From contig CAVTOM010000001.1 of NCBI GenBank assembly GCA_963736365.1, forward strand, positions 15,758-79,757: a DNA stretch of 64,000 nt. Direction: 5' to 3'. A program made the position numbers and the translations under genes. This DNA comes from an uncultured bacterium (GTDB lineage: Bacteria > Actinomycetota > Actinomycetes > S36-B12). A model generated the notes under the pieces. The model ran no database searches and was not told the origin of the DNA. It worked only from the letters and a program-made list of their open reading frames with translations. Below, in pieces: positions 23,634 to 34,300 of this stretch. How positions within the stretch are numbered: position 1 is the stretch's first letter; the number at the start of each line of letters is the position of its first letter.

Positions 23634-24397
23634 CGCCTGCCGCCGGACTGCTGCATGGGCTGCGCCGGCGCGGGCGCGGCGTGGTGGCGTCGATGCGGAG
23701 CGATATCGCCTCCGTCGTCGAGCGCGATCCAGCGGCCCGAACGCCCTTCGAGGTGGCGCTGCTGTACCCGGGCGTGCACGCGGTCTGGGCGCACCGTGCC
23801 AGCCATGCGCTGTGGCGACGGGGCGCCTACCTGCCGGCCCGGACCATCTCGCAGGCGGCGCGCTTCGTCACGGGGATCGAGATCCACCCCGGGGCCACGC
23901 TCGGGCCGCGCCTGTTCATCGACCACGGCGCCGGCGTCGTCATCGGCGAGACCGCCGAGGTCGGCCGCGACGTCACGATCTACCACGGCGTGACGCTGGG
24001 CGGCACGAGCCTGGCCCACGGCAAGCGCCATCCGACGATCGGCGATCGCGTCACCATCGGCGCCGGTGCCAAGGTGCTCGGCAACCTGACCGTCGGCGAC
24101 GACTCGCGGATCGGCGCCAACGCCGTGCTCGTGCGCTCGGTCGACGATCACTCCGTCGTGGTCGGCGTCCCCGGGCAGGTCATCGCGCACGGCACCGCCC
24201 CCGGTGTCGACACCCGGCCCAAGCAGGACAGCCCGACCGCACCGGACCCCATGGGGCTGGCGGTCTCGACCCTGCTCATGCGCGTGCAGCAGCTGGAGAC
24301 GCATGTGCTGGGGGAGGAGCACCACCACCACTCGCCGCAGCGCCGCGCCAGCGGGGAGTGGGAGCTCGAACTGGACGCCGTCGACTTCTCGATCTGA
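23630..24397 (+). CDS. cysE: Serine O-acetyltransferase
   Basis: Its start shares an ATGA overlap with the cysK stop. ..RDPAA...[38 protein letters not shown].. is followed by hexapeptide repeats ([31 protein letters not shown]). Confidence 0.9.
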   Translation: MTPAAGLLHGLRRRGRGVVASMRSDIASVVERDPAARTPFEVALLYPGVHAVWAHRASHALWRRGAYLPARTISQAARFVTGIEIHPGATLGPRLFIDHGAGVVIGETAEVGRDVTIYHGVTLGGTSLAHGKRHPTIGDRVTIGAGAKVLGNLTVGDDSRIGANAVLVRSVDDHSVVVGVPGQVIAHGTAPGVDTRPKQDSPTAPDPMGLAVSTLLMRVQQLETHVLGEEHHHHSPQRRASGEWELELDAVDFSI

Positions 24398-24415
24398 CTC
24401 CACCCACCGTCCCCT

Positions 24416-24488
24416 CCCTTGTTGAGTGGCGGCTTGTGTACGCGACACGCCGTGCTCAGGCGTGCAGGACCCGCCACTCAACGAAGGG
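24416..24488. repeat. Palindromic intergenic repeat, copy A (REP/MITE-like hairpin)
   Basis: CCCTTGTTGAGTGGCGG...CCGCCACTCAACGAAGGG arms enclose a core containing GCGACACGCCG. The element fills the gap up to the convergent transporter's stop. It is about 85% identical to the reverse complement of the element at 39954-40021. Confidence 0.7.
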
Positions 24489-26120
24489 TCAGAAGCGTCC
24501 GAGCAGGGGTGCCACGACGACCTTGACGATCATCGCGGCCGGGTACACCAGCGCGTAGCCGAGGTTGACCCGCGGGTCGTCCTTCGTCGTCTCGTTGGCG
24601 TACGCGAGGACCGCCGGCTGGGTCTGCATGCCGGCCAGGACGCCGCCCATGCGCGGTCCGTACATGCCCGCGAGGATGCGGCCGCCCAGGATGGCGGTGG
24701 CGGCGGTGACGACGGTGACGACGACGCCGACGGCCAGGAGGCGCGGACCGGTGGGACTGGACAGCGCATCGGCGAGCGCGGATCCGGAGTTGGAGCCGGC
24801 GTACGCCAGGAACAGCATCATCCCGAGCTGGGAGAGCGTCGAGGCCACGCCGTGCGGCATCGACCAGTTGATCGGTCCCGTGCGTCCGGCGCGCCCGACG
24901 ACGAGGCCGACGAGGAGCGGGCCGCCCGCGAGGCCGAGTGCGAACTGGCTGCCGCCGGGGAGCGGGAACTGCAGTTCGCCGAGCAGCACGCCCAGGGCCA
25001 GGCCGAGGGACAGGCTGGTGATGGAGTACGCGGAGGCGCCCTTCTCGGAGTCGCCGAGGTACGCGGTGATCTCGGCCATGCGGTGGCGCTCCGCCACGAT
25101 GCGGACGCGGTCGCCGATCTGCAGCGTGAGGTCGTCGGCGGCGAGCAGGTCGACGTCGCCGCGGCGCACGCGGGTGGCCACGGCGCCGAACCGACGGCGC
25201 AGGCGCAGCTCACCGAGCGTCTTGCCCGCGACCTGGGGGTTCGAGACGGCCACGCGGCGGTAGTCGACCGCCGATCGGTCCAGTGACAGCGCGACTGAGG
25301 ACGGATGCCCGACCGCCTCGACGAAGGCATCCACGACGGCCTGCTCGCCGATGACCGTGAGGATGTCGCCAGGCATCGGGACGGCGTCGTCGGTGGCCAC
25401 GTCCACGTCGCCGGGGTGTCCGGGTGCGTCGCCCCGCATGATCCGCGAGAACACGATGTGGTGGTCGTACTGCTCCGACAAGGTGCCCAGGTCCGGAAGC
25501 CCCGGCTTCTCGATCCGGACCGTCGTGCCGTCCAGCCGCGGGGGCAGCGGGTCCTCGACGATGGGGGCCAGGGCCTTGCTGGGAGCGGCTGCCTTGATGC
25601 TGATGGCAGCGGCGAGCAGCATGCCGAGCACGCCGAACAGGTAGGTCACCGAGTAGCCGACCGTGGGCAGGTCGGACGCCCACGCCTCGCTCGCGGCCGC
25701 CAGCGCCGGGGTGTTCGTCAGGGCTCCTGCGTAGACGCCGGACAGGATCGGGCCGGTCAACCCCAGCGCGTTGCCCGCAAGCACGGTGGCGAGGGCTCCC
25801 ACGAGGAGGGCGCCGACGATCACGCCGAGCGCGCGGCCGCCGGTCTTGAGAGCCGCGAAGAACGACGGCCCCGCCCCGACGCCGATGACGTAGGCGAACA
25901 GGGCGAGGCCGAACACGCCCAGGATCTGGGGCAGCTTGAGCCGGTCGTCGTACGCGGAGAAGGCCAGCGCGGTGAACAGCACCGCGGCCGGCCCGAGGGA
26001 GAAGCTCTTGATCTTGATCGCTCCGATGGCCCCGCCGATGGCCATGATGACCGTCAGCAGCAGGAGCGGCTGCTCGGCCGCCAGATCGGCGTAGCCCTGG
26101 AGGATCTCGCTGACGTCCAC
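24489..26120 (-). CDS. Aspartate:alanine exchanger (AAE/YidE-type) family transporter with two TrkA-C domains
   Basis: Intact ORF 24489-26144 (TTG), with a GTG at 26120 more likely as the start. Two membrane halves flank a central soluble pair of TrkA-C-like domains (..GKTLGELRLRRRFGAVATRVRRGD..). Confidence 0.85.
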   Translation of the reverse strand: MDVSEILQGYADLAAEQPLLLLTVIMAIGGAIGAIKIKSFSLGPAAVLFTALAFSAYDDRLKLPQILGVFGLALFAYVIGVGAGPSFFAALKTGGRALGVIVGALLVGALATVLAGNALGLTGPILSGVYAGALTNTPALAAASEAWASDLPTVGYSVTYLFGVLGMLLAAAISIKAAAPSKALAPIVEDPLPPRLDGTTVRIEKPGLPDLGTLSEQYDHHIVFSRIMRGDAPGHPGDVDVATDDAVPMPGDILTVIGEQAVVDAFVEAVGHPSSVALSLDRSAVDYRRVAVSNPQVAGKTLGELRLRRRFGAVATRVRRGDVDLLAADDLTLQIGDRVRIVAERHRMAEITAYLGDSEKGASAYSITSLSLGLALGVLLGELQFPLPGGSQFALGLAGGPLLVGLVVGRAGRTGPINWSMPHGVASTLSQLGMMLFLAYAGSNSGSALADALSSPTGPRLLAVGVVVTVVTAATAILGGRILAGMYGPRMGGVLAGMQTQPAVLAYANETTKDDPRVNLGYALVYPAAMIVKVVVAPLLGRF

Positions 26121-26192
26121 GTGACGAGTATCCCGCGTGCGCAATGCAAACGCTTACCTCAGCCGGGTGAGGTAGGTCACCCGTCGCTAAGT

Positions 26193-26233
26193 AGTTGAAA
26201 CCGCAACCATCGAATATAGTTGCATTCTCAACT
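26193..26233. promoter_or_regulatory. Candidate operator: imperfect inverted repeat overlapping a TATAGT -10-like box
   Basis: AGTTGAAACCGCAAC (26193-26207) and GTTGCATTCTCAACT (26219-26233) match at 12 of 15 complementary positions, with an 11-nt spacer containing TATAGT (26215-26220). The repeat lies in a locally AT-rich divergent intergenic region. Confidence 0.35.
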
Positions 26234-26251
26234 AGTGCGCGAGGAGCAGCC

Positions 26252-26903
26252 ATGACGACACAGGCAATGGGGATCGACAACCTGCGCACCGACGATCCGC
26301 TGCTGTACCCGACGCGTCCGCCCATGGACGCCGCAGCCCTCGACCGCGTCTTCCGGAGCGCGCATACGGCACACGACTTCACCGACGAGCCGGTTACCGA
26401 CGATCGAGCTCGAGCTGATCCATGACCTCATGCGGTTCCCGCCCACGGCGATGAACACCCAGCCCCTGCGGGTCGTCCTCGTGACCACGCCCGCGGCGAA
26501 GGCGCGGCTGCAGCCTCTGCTCGCCGAGGGCAATCGCACCAAGACCGCCTCGGCTCCGGTGACCGCCATCCTGGCCGCCGACACGGACTTCCACGACCAC
26601 CTCGATCGGCTCGTGCCGCACCTGCCGGGGGCACGCGATCGCTTCCTCGACGATGCCGCGCGCGAGAAGACGGCTCGATTCAACGCGACGCTGCAGGCCG
26701 GGTACTTCATCCTCGCCGTACGCGCGGCCGGGCTCGACGCCGGGCCGATGGGCGGATTCGACGCGGCGGGCGTCGACGCGGAGTTTCTCGCTGGCACCGG
26801 GATGAGGTCGTTCCTCGCCGTGAACATCGGGCACGCCACGGCCGACGGCGTGCGTCCGCGCGCCCCGCGTCTGGAGCGCCACGAGGTCGTCACCGTCATC
26901 TGA
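26252..26903 (+). pseudogene. Nitroreductase family protein (RutE/malonic semialdehyde reductase-like), frameshifted
   Basis: ATG 26252 follows GAGGAG. ..RSAHTAHDFTDEPVTD continues after a junction near 26403 as IELELIHDLMRFPPTAMNTQPLRVVLV...AGLDAGPMGGFD.. Confidence 0.8.
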
Positions 26904-26943
26904 CGACGGGGCGTCGCGGGCCGCGGATCACTACTGTCGAGGC

Positions 26944-27906
26944 ATGGCGCCAGACACCGCCGACCACCACGCACCGCCACCGTCGTCGTGGGCCGATCTC
27001 GAGGGCCCTGTCCACTTCGTCGACCATGGCGGTCCGGAGCATGCACCCCTGCTGGTGTGCGTCCACGGCCTCGGCGGATCGCTGGTCAACTGGGCCGCCC
27101 TGGCACCCCTGCTCGCCGGCGACGCACGGGTGGTCGCGCTGGACCTGGCCGGCTTCGGCCACACCGTCGGCGGGTCGCGGTCGACCTCGGTCCGGGCCAA
27201 CCAGCGCCTCCTGCGGCGGTTCCTCGATGAGGTCTCCGGGACGCCGGTGATCCTCGTGGGCAACTCCATGGGCGGGCTGATCTCGATCCTGCAGGCAGCT
27301 GACAGCCCGCGGACGGTGGCGGGCCTCGTGCTGATCGACCCGGCCCTCCCGGTGGGGCTGCGGGTGCGTCCGGACGCCCGGGTACTCGCCACCTTCGCGG
27401 CCTTCACTGTGCCCGCCGTCGGCAGGACGGCGCTCGCGCTTCGTCGGAGCCGGACCTCAGCCGGGCAGGCCGCACACGACCTCCTCGAGCTGTGCTGCGC
27501 TGATCCGGCGCGGGTGCCGACAGCCGTCGTGGATCAGCACGTGGCGCTGGCATCCGAGCGTCGACGGTATCCAGACGCCGACGCCGAGCTCGTCGCGGCC
27601 GCGCAGTCGCTCGTGTGGGTGCTGGCAGACCGGCGCGCGTACTCGCGCATGCAGCACGCGATCGACGTGCCCGTCCTCCTCCTCCACGGAGACCAGGACC
27701 GCCTGGTGCCTATTGCCGCCGCACGAGAGGCCGCTCGGGCCAACCCCGCGTGGGAGTTCCACGAAGCGGCAGGGATCGGTCACGTCCCCCAGCTGGAGGA
27801 CCCCGGCTGGACGTCCGACCGCATCCGCGGCTGGCTGGCCTCGCATCCGGACATGTGTGCGGCCGCGGCCAGCGCCTCCGGGCCGCCGCGTCGGGAGGCC
27901 ACGTGA
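26944..27906 (+). CDS. Alpha/beta hydrolase
   Basis: Intact 320 aa with ..LLVCVHGLGGS..VALDLAGFGHT..LVGNSMGG..GHVPQLEDP. Confidence 0.8.
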   Translation: MAPDTADHHAPPPSSWADLEGPVHFVDHGGPEHAPLLVCVHGLGGSLVNWAALAPLLAGDARVVALDLAGFGHTVGGSRSTSVRANQRLLRRFLDEVSGTPVILVGNSMGGLISILQAADSPRTVAGLVLIDPALPVGLRVRPDARVLATFAAFTVPAVGRTALALRRSRTSAGQAAHDLLELCCADPARVPTAVVDQHVALASERRRYPDADAELVAAAQSLVWVLADRRAYSRMQHAIDVPVLLLHGDQDRLVPIAAAREAARANPAWEFHEAAGIGHVPQLEDPGWTSDRIRGWLASHPDMCAAAASASGPPRREAT

Positions 27907-29285
27907 CCGGGGCGATCGACTGGCTGAGCTCCCTCGACACGAGCTTCCTGCAACTGGAGAACGACACGCAGCAGATGCACGTCGGCAGCCTCCTGGTGAT
28001 CGACGGCCCCGGTCCGAGCTACGCCGACTTCGGGGCGCATGTCGCCTCGCGCCTCTCGGCTGTCCCGCGCTACCGACAGCGCGTGCGGCGCACGGCGCTC
28101 GACGTTGCGCGCCCGTACTGGGCAGACGACCCCCACTTCTCGCTGGGCTACCACCTGCGGCACACCGCGATCCCGAGTCCCGGCAGCGACGCGCAGCTGC
28201 GGGCGCTGGCCGGTCGCATCATGTCCCAGCGACTGGACCTCGATCGCCCGCTGTGGGAGATGTGGCTCGTGGAGGGACTCCCGGACGGCCGATGGGCCGT
28301 CATCAGCAAGGTGCACCACGCCATGATCGACGGCGTCGCCGGGCACGACATCCTCGAGACGCTGCTCGACCGCGACCCGGCCGCGCCTGCGTGGCCGAGC
28401 CGGCCCTGGCAGCCGGAGCCGGCGCCCTCGCGCGCCGACCTGGTGACCGCCGCCGGCCGGTGGGCGGCGTCCGCGCCGGGCCGGCTCGGCTCGCTGGCCC
28501 GCCGCTCGGCCGCCCAGCCCGATGCGGTGCTGCGGGCTGCTGCGGTGCGCGCGCAGGGGCTGGCCGCCGTCACCCGCCGCGCGGCACGACCGACCTCCGT
28601 CCTGAACGGCCCGCTCGGACCGCACCGGATCTGGTCGTGGGCGCGCGCCGACCTCGGCGAGGCGAAGGCGGTGAAGGACGCGTGGGGCGGCACCATCAAC
28701 GATGTCGTCCTCGCCGCCGTGGCCGGAGGGTTCCGGCACTACCTGAGCGAGCGCGGCGAGTCGGTCGAGGACGATCTGGTGCGGTCGCTCGTGCCGGTGT
28801 CGGTGCGGCGGCCGGACCAGCACGGGCGCCTGGGCAACCAGGTCAGCGCGATGTTCGCCGACCTGCCCGTGGGCATCGCGGACCCGCGCGAGCGGCTGGT
28901 CGCGGTCACCCGGCAGATGGAGCACCTCAAGTCCTCGGGCATGACCGTCGGCGTCCAGTCCATGGTGTCGGCCGCGGACTTCGTCCCGCCCACCCTCCTG
29001 ACCCTCGGTGCACGCGTCGCGACGTCCGTCGGCCAGCGGGTCGTCAACACCGTCACGACGAACATCCCCGGGCCTCAGTACCCGCTCTTCCTCGCCGGGT
29101 GCCGGATGCGGGAGATGTTCCCGTACATCCCGATCGGACAGGCGATCCGGATCAGCATCGGGATCGTGTCCTACGACGGAGCGCTGGACTTCGCGGCCAC
29201 GGGCGACGCCGACGCAGTGCCCGACCTCGACGTCCTGTGCGCCGGCATCGAGGCATCCATGGCGGAACTCGTCGCCGCCACCTAG
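27903..29285 (+). CDS. Wax ester synthase/diacylglycerol acyltransferase (WS/DGAT)
   Basis: GTG 27903 shares a GTGA overlap with the upstream stop. The active-site motif HHAMIDGVAG (HHxxxDG) is present, along with ..NDVVLAAVAGG.. and ..TNIPGPQ.PL...G. Intact, about 460 aa. Confidence 0.9.
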   Translation: MTGAIDWLSSLDTSFLQLENDTQQMHVGSLLVIDGPGPSYADFGAHVASRLSAVPRYRQRVRRTALDVARPYWADDPHFSLGYHLRHTAIPSPGSDAQLRALAGRIMSQRLDLDRPLWEMWLVEGLPDGRWAVISKVHHAMIDGVAGHDILETLLDRDPAAPAWPSRPWQPEPAPSRADLVTAAGRWAASAPGRLGSLARRSAAQPDAVLRAAAVRAQGLAAVTRRAARPTSVLNGPLGPHRIWSWARADLGEAKAVKDAWGGTINDVVLAAVAGGFRHYLSERGESVEDDLVRSLVPVSVRRPDQHGRLGNQVSAMFADLPVGIADPRERLVAVTRQMEHLKSSGMTVGVQSMVSAADFVPPTLLTLGARVATSVGQRVVNTVTTNIPGPQYPLFLAGCRMREMFPYIPIGQAIRISIGIVSYDGALDFAATGDADAVPDLDVLCAGIEASMAELVAAT

Positions 29286-29316
29286 GCTCCGCCCACCACC
29301 AACGAAGGAGATCGTC

Positions 29317-29997
29317 ATGCGCGTCGAAGTCCGTCACCAGCCGTCGTTCGCCGTCGCCCGTCTCTTCCTGGGCGCGGGGGAGACCGTCAAGGCCGAGTCC
29401 GGGGCGATGGCGGCCATGAGCGCCGGCATCACCATCGAGGCGAAGATGGAGGGCGGCTTCATGAAGGCGCTCAAGCGCAGCGCGCTGGGCGGCGAGTCGT
29501 TCTTCGTCACGACGTACTCGTCATCGTCGGCGGAGGGCTGGGTCGATGTGGCCGCGTACCTGCCCGGGGACATCCAGGTCATCCCGGTCACGTCCGACCG
29601 CGGCATCGCCGTGACCAAGGGCGGATGGCTCGCGAACGAGACGTCACTGGCGATGGACACCAAGTGGGGCGGTGCCAAGAACCTGTTCGGCGGGGAGGGT
29701 GGCTTCATCGCCCACATGACCGGCGACGGGCAGGTCGTGGTCGGCTCCTACGGCGCCATGGATCTCCACGAGCTCCAGGCGGGCGAGATGTTCACGGTGG
29801 ACTCCGGGCACCTGGTCGCCTACGACGACGGGATCGGCATGACGACCCGGACCGTCTCGGGACTCATGACGTCGATGAAGTCGGGCGAGGGCATCGTCGT
29901 CGACATGACCGGCCCGGGCCGGGTCTGGACCCAGTCGCGCAACCCCGGCGCCCTCGTCTCGTGGCTGACCGAGGTGCTGCCCTTCACGCGGGGCTGA
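29317..29997 (+). CDS. TIGR00266/AIM24 family protein
   Basis: ATG 29317 follows GAAGGAG. ..GETVKAESGAMAAMS..GGESFFVTTY..GGFIAHMTGDGQVVVGSYGA..GEGIVVDMTGPGRVW.QSRN.. matches my recollection of this family. Confidence 0.8.
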   Translation: MRVEVRHQPSFAVARLFLGAGETVKAESGAMAAMSAGITIEAKMEGGFMKALKRSALGGESFFVTTYSSSSAEGWVDVAAYLPGDIQVIPVTSDRGIAVTKGGWLANETSLAMDTKWGGAKNLFGGEGGFIAHMTGDGQVVVGSYGAMDLHELQAGEMFTVDSGHLVAYDDGIGMTTRTVSGLMTSMKSGEGIVVDMTGPGRVWTQSRNPGALVSWLTEVLPFTRG

Positions 29998-31183
29998 TCA
30001 GGCCACCGGGCCGTTGGGCGTCATGACGACCTTCAGGCTCTCCGGCGACATGCTCATGCGCATCGCGGCGTCCACGTCCGCGAGGGCGTACTCGTGGCTG
30101 ACCATGTCCTCCAGCGGGTAGCGGTCGGCGTAGCGCTCCATCAGCGCGAGCGCCGGGCCGTACCCGGTGGACGGGTGGTTGGTGAGACCGATGAGCCGGA
30201 TGTTCTTGCTGCACACGTGACGATGGATGTTCATGGCCACCTCGCCGGTGTCAGCGAAGTTGCCCATCTCGAGCATCATGCCGCCGCGCTTGAGCATCTC
30301 GATGCCCTCGACGAAGCTCACCGGGGTGTTGGCCATGTGGAGGACGACGTCGGCTCCGCGACCGCGCGTCAGCCGCCGGATCTCATCGATGCGCTCCTCG
30401 GCCGACGTGGTGCTGACGTTGATGGTGATGTCGGCGCCCATCTTCTTCGCGAAGGCGAGGCGCGACTCGCTGAGGTCGGTCGCGATGATCTGGCCCGCGC
30501 CCATCATGTCCGCCTTGGCGATGTGCAGGAGCCCGAGCGGACCGGACCCGATGACGACGACGGTGTCACCGGAGTTGAAGCCCTCGTGCGACATCGACGA
30601 GAACTCCTTCAGCTTGTCCAGCGATGCCGCGCAGGCCATCAGCTCGGCCAGCACGGCGACGCGGGGGCTGAGGCCGCTGGGCACCTTGTAGACGGACGTG
30701 TCGGGACGGATGTACATCTGCTCGGCCCACCCGCCCATGAGGTGCGGCCAGGCGTCCGCCGTGTACGAGTTGCCGTAGCACTGGCTGTTCTCGCACCAGA
30801 CGTAGCCCATGACGTGCCGGCACTCGTAGCAGTGACCGCAGACGACGTCGGGGCACATCGTGATGCGGTCGCCCGACCTTGAGCTCACGGCCGTAGAACT
30901 CCAGGCCGGCGGCTGCCCCGGGCGTGATCTCGGACACGATCCCGACGTTCTCGTGACCCTGGATGATCGGGAAGGGCGTGTCGCACTCGGCCGGGGTCCC
31001 GACGTACTGCTTCGTCTCGCCGAGGTAGGTGTGCTTGTCCGTGCCGCAGATGCCGGACATCTCCATCTCCATGAGGAGGGCGCCGTCCGGAAGGTCGGGT
31101 CGCGGGTAGTCGACCTGCTCGTAGCGGCCGGGGGCGACGAGGACGGCGGCCCGGACTGATCCCGACGTTGACGGTGTGCTCAT
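29998..31183 (-). pseudogene. Zinc-dependent alcohol dehydrogenase family protein, frameshifted
   Basis: ..GICGTDKH..GHENVG.. lies in the ORF 30566-31393 frame, starting at MSTPSTSG (31183). ..GDRITMCPDVVCGHCYEC.. and ..VIGSGPLGLL.. lie in ORF 29998-30888. The junction is near 30870. Confidence 0.85.
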
Positions 31184-31316
31184 GACCGGCCTCGCTCTCG
31201 TGTGCGTCGCCCCTGCCGAAGTATCGCGCCATTCGGCTCGTTTCGGTGGGACGAATGACCCTTGTGACCCCCGAGGGGGTCGCCTAGCGTCGTCCTGAGA
31301 CCTGTGGAGGTGGCCT

Positions 31317-34300
31317 GTGACATCGTGGCGATGTCTGGACGGCAACGAGGCGGTGGCGCTGGTGGCCCACCGCCTCAGTGATGTGTGCGCCATCTACCCG
31401 ATCACACCGGCCTCGCCCATGGGCGAGTTCGCGGACGCGTGGAGTGCTGCGGGCCGGGTGAACCTGTGGGGCTCGGTCCCGCGGGTGATCGAGATGCAGT
31501 CGGAGGCCGGCGCGGCCGGTGCCCTGCACGGTGCCCTGCAGAAGGGCACCCTGGCCACGACCTTCACGGCGTCCCAGGGGCTGCTGCTCATGCTGCCCAA
31601 CATGTACAAGATCGCGGGCGAGCTGACCCCGGCGGTCGTGCACGTGGCGGCCCGCGCACTCGCGACGCACGCCCTGTCGATCTTCGGCGACCACTCCGAC
31701 GTCATGGCAGCCCGTGGAACGGGCTGGGCGATGCTGTGCGCGTCCAGCGTGCAGGAGGCGCACGACTTCGCGCTGGTGTCCCACGCCGCAACGCTGCGCA
31801 GCCGCGTGCCCTTCCTGCACTTCTTCGACGGGTTCCGCACCTCGCACGAGGTCGGCAAGATCGCGCTCCTGCCCGACGCGGACCTGCGCGCCCTCGTGCT
31901 CCCCGCGGACGTGCTGGCGCACCGCGAGCGCGGGCTCACCCCGGAGCGGCCCGTCCTGCGTGGCACCGCGCAGAACCCGGACGTCTTCTTCCAGGCCCGC
32001 GAGGCCGCCAACCCGTTCTACGACGCGGTTCCCGCGACGGTCGCGCAGGTGCTCGACGAGCTCGCGGCGCGCACCGGCCGCCGTTACGGACTCGTGGACT
32101 ACCACGGGTCGCCGGACGCCGAGCGCGTCGTCGTCGTGATGGGCTCGGGTGCGGGTGCCGTCCGGGAGGCCGTGGACGTCCTCGTGGCGGCCGGCGAGCG
32201 GGTGGGGATGCTCACCGTTCGGCTCTACCGCCCGTTCCCCACGCAGGCGCTCCTCGACGCCCTCCCGGCCAGCGTCCGCCGGGTGGCCGTCCTCGATCGC
32301 TCCAAGGAGCCGGGGGCGCCGGCCGAGCCGCTGCACCTGGACGTGAGCCTCGCCGTGCAGGAGTCCGGTCGCGCGATCACCGTCATCGGCGGCCGGTACG
32401 GACTGGGATCCAAGGAGTTCACCCCACGGGATGCCGCTGCCGTCTTCACGGAGCTGACGTCCCCTAGCCCCCGTCCGCGCTTCACTGTCGGCATCGTCGA
32501 CGACGTCACTCGGCTGTCGCTCACGCGCGATCCGGACTTCTCCGTTCCGTCGTCCGCGCGCAGTGCCGTCTTCTTCGGCCTGGGCAGCGACGGCACCGTC
32601 GGCGCCAACAAGTCCAGCATCAAGATCATCGGCGAGAACACGGACCTGTGGGCCCAGGGATACTTCGTCTACGACTCGAAGAAGTCCGGCTCGGTGACCG
32701 TGTCACACCTGCGCTTCGGTCCGGATCCGATCCACTCCACCTACCTGGTGGAGCAGGCGGACTTCGTCGCCTGCCACCAGTTCGGCCTGCTCGAGCGCCT
32801 TCCGGTCCTCGACAGCGCCCGACCCGGTGGCACGGTGCTCCTCAACGCGCCGTATCCGGTCGAGGAGGTATGGGACCGCCTCCCGCGGGAGGTCCAGGAG
32901 ACCGTCATCGACCGGCACCTGGAGGTGTGGGCCGTCGACGCCGGCCGCATCGCCCGCGACGTCGGCCTGGGATCGCGGATCAACACAGTGATGCAGCCCT
33001 GCTTCTTCGCGCTCTCCGGAGTGCTGGAGGAGTCGACCGCCGTCGACCTCATCAAGCAGAGCGTGGAGAAGACGTACGGACGCCGCGGTCGCACCGTCGT
33101 GGAGCGCAACCACGCGGCCATCGACAGCGCGCTGGCCGGGATGCACCGGCTCGAGGTGCCGGCAGCGGCGTCCTCGACGCACCGCAGGCTCGCGGTCGTG
33201 GCAGCGGACGCCCCGGACTTCGTGCGCGACGTGACCGCGCGCATGCTGGCCGGCGAGGGCGATCTCCTCCCGGTGAGCGCCCTTCCCGTCGACGGCACGT
33301 TCCCCACGGGGACGGCACGCTGGGAGAAGCGCAGCCTCGCGGAGGCCATCCCGGTCTGGGACGCCTCGCTGTGCATCGACTGCGGCAAGTGCGCGATCGT
33401 CTGCCCGCACGCCGCGATCCGCATGAAGGCCTTCCCCGAGGCGGACCTCGACGGCGCTCCCGACGGCTTCAAGAGCAAGGCGTACGGCGGCAAGGAGCTG
33501 CCTGCGGGGACGCGCCTGACCATCCAGGTGGCCCCGGACGACTGCACCGGCTGCGGCATCTGCGTGGACGTGTGCCCGGCTCGCGACAAGTCCGAGGTGA
33601 AGCACAAGTCGATCGACCTGCTGCCCGCGGCCGAGCACCGCGAGGCGGAGCGAACGCGGTTCGAGTACTTCCTGTCCATCCCCGAGATCGACCGCGCGGC
33701 GGTGCGTCAGGACACCGTGAAGGGCTCCCAGCTCCTGCAGCCGCTGTTCGAGTTCTCCGGTGCCTGCTCCGGCTGCGGCGAGACGCCGTACGTGAAGCTG
33801 CTGTCCCAGCAGTTCGGCGATCGCATGGTGGTCGCGAACGCGACCGGCTGCTCGTCCATCTACGGCGGCAACCTGCCCACCACCCCGTGGGCGACCAACG
33901 CGGCCGGGCGCGGCCCCGCGTGGAGCAACTCGCTGTTCGAGGACAACGCCGAGTTCGGCCTGGGCCTGCGGCTCGGCGCGGACGCACAGCACGACGACGC
34001 ACGACGGCTCCTCGCGTCGCTGGCGCCGCAGGTCGGCGAGGACCTGGCCCGCGCCCTCCTGGACGACGAGCCCGCGCCGGACGACGAGGCCGGGATCGTC
34101 CGTCAGCGCGAGCGCGTCGGCCAGCTCCGTGAGCGGCTGGCGGGCCTCGACATCCCTGCCGCCGTCGACCTGGCGAGCCTGGCGGATGCACTGGTGCCCG
34201 TCGCGGTGTGGATCATCGGCGGCGACGGCTGGGCGTACGACATCGGCTTCGGCGGGCTCGACCACGTCCTGTCGAGCGGTCGCAACGTCAACGTCCTGGT

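Noticed and set aside
29992-30003. Convergent genes abut exactly, with their stop codons forming the palindrome TGATCA.
   Set aside because: This is a curious but trivial consequence of the TGA stops of two convergent genes touching. There is no extended symmetry or hairpin around it.
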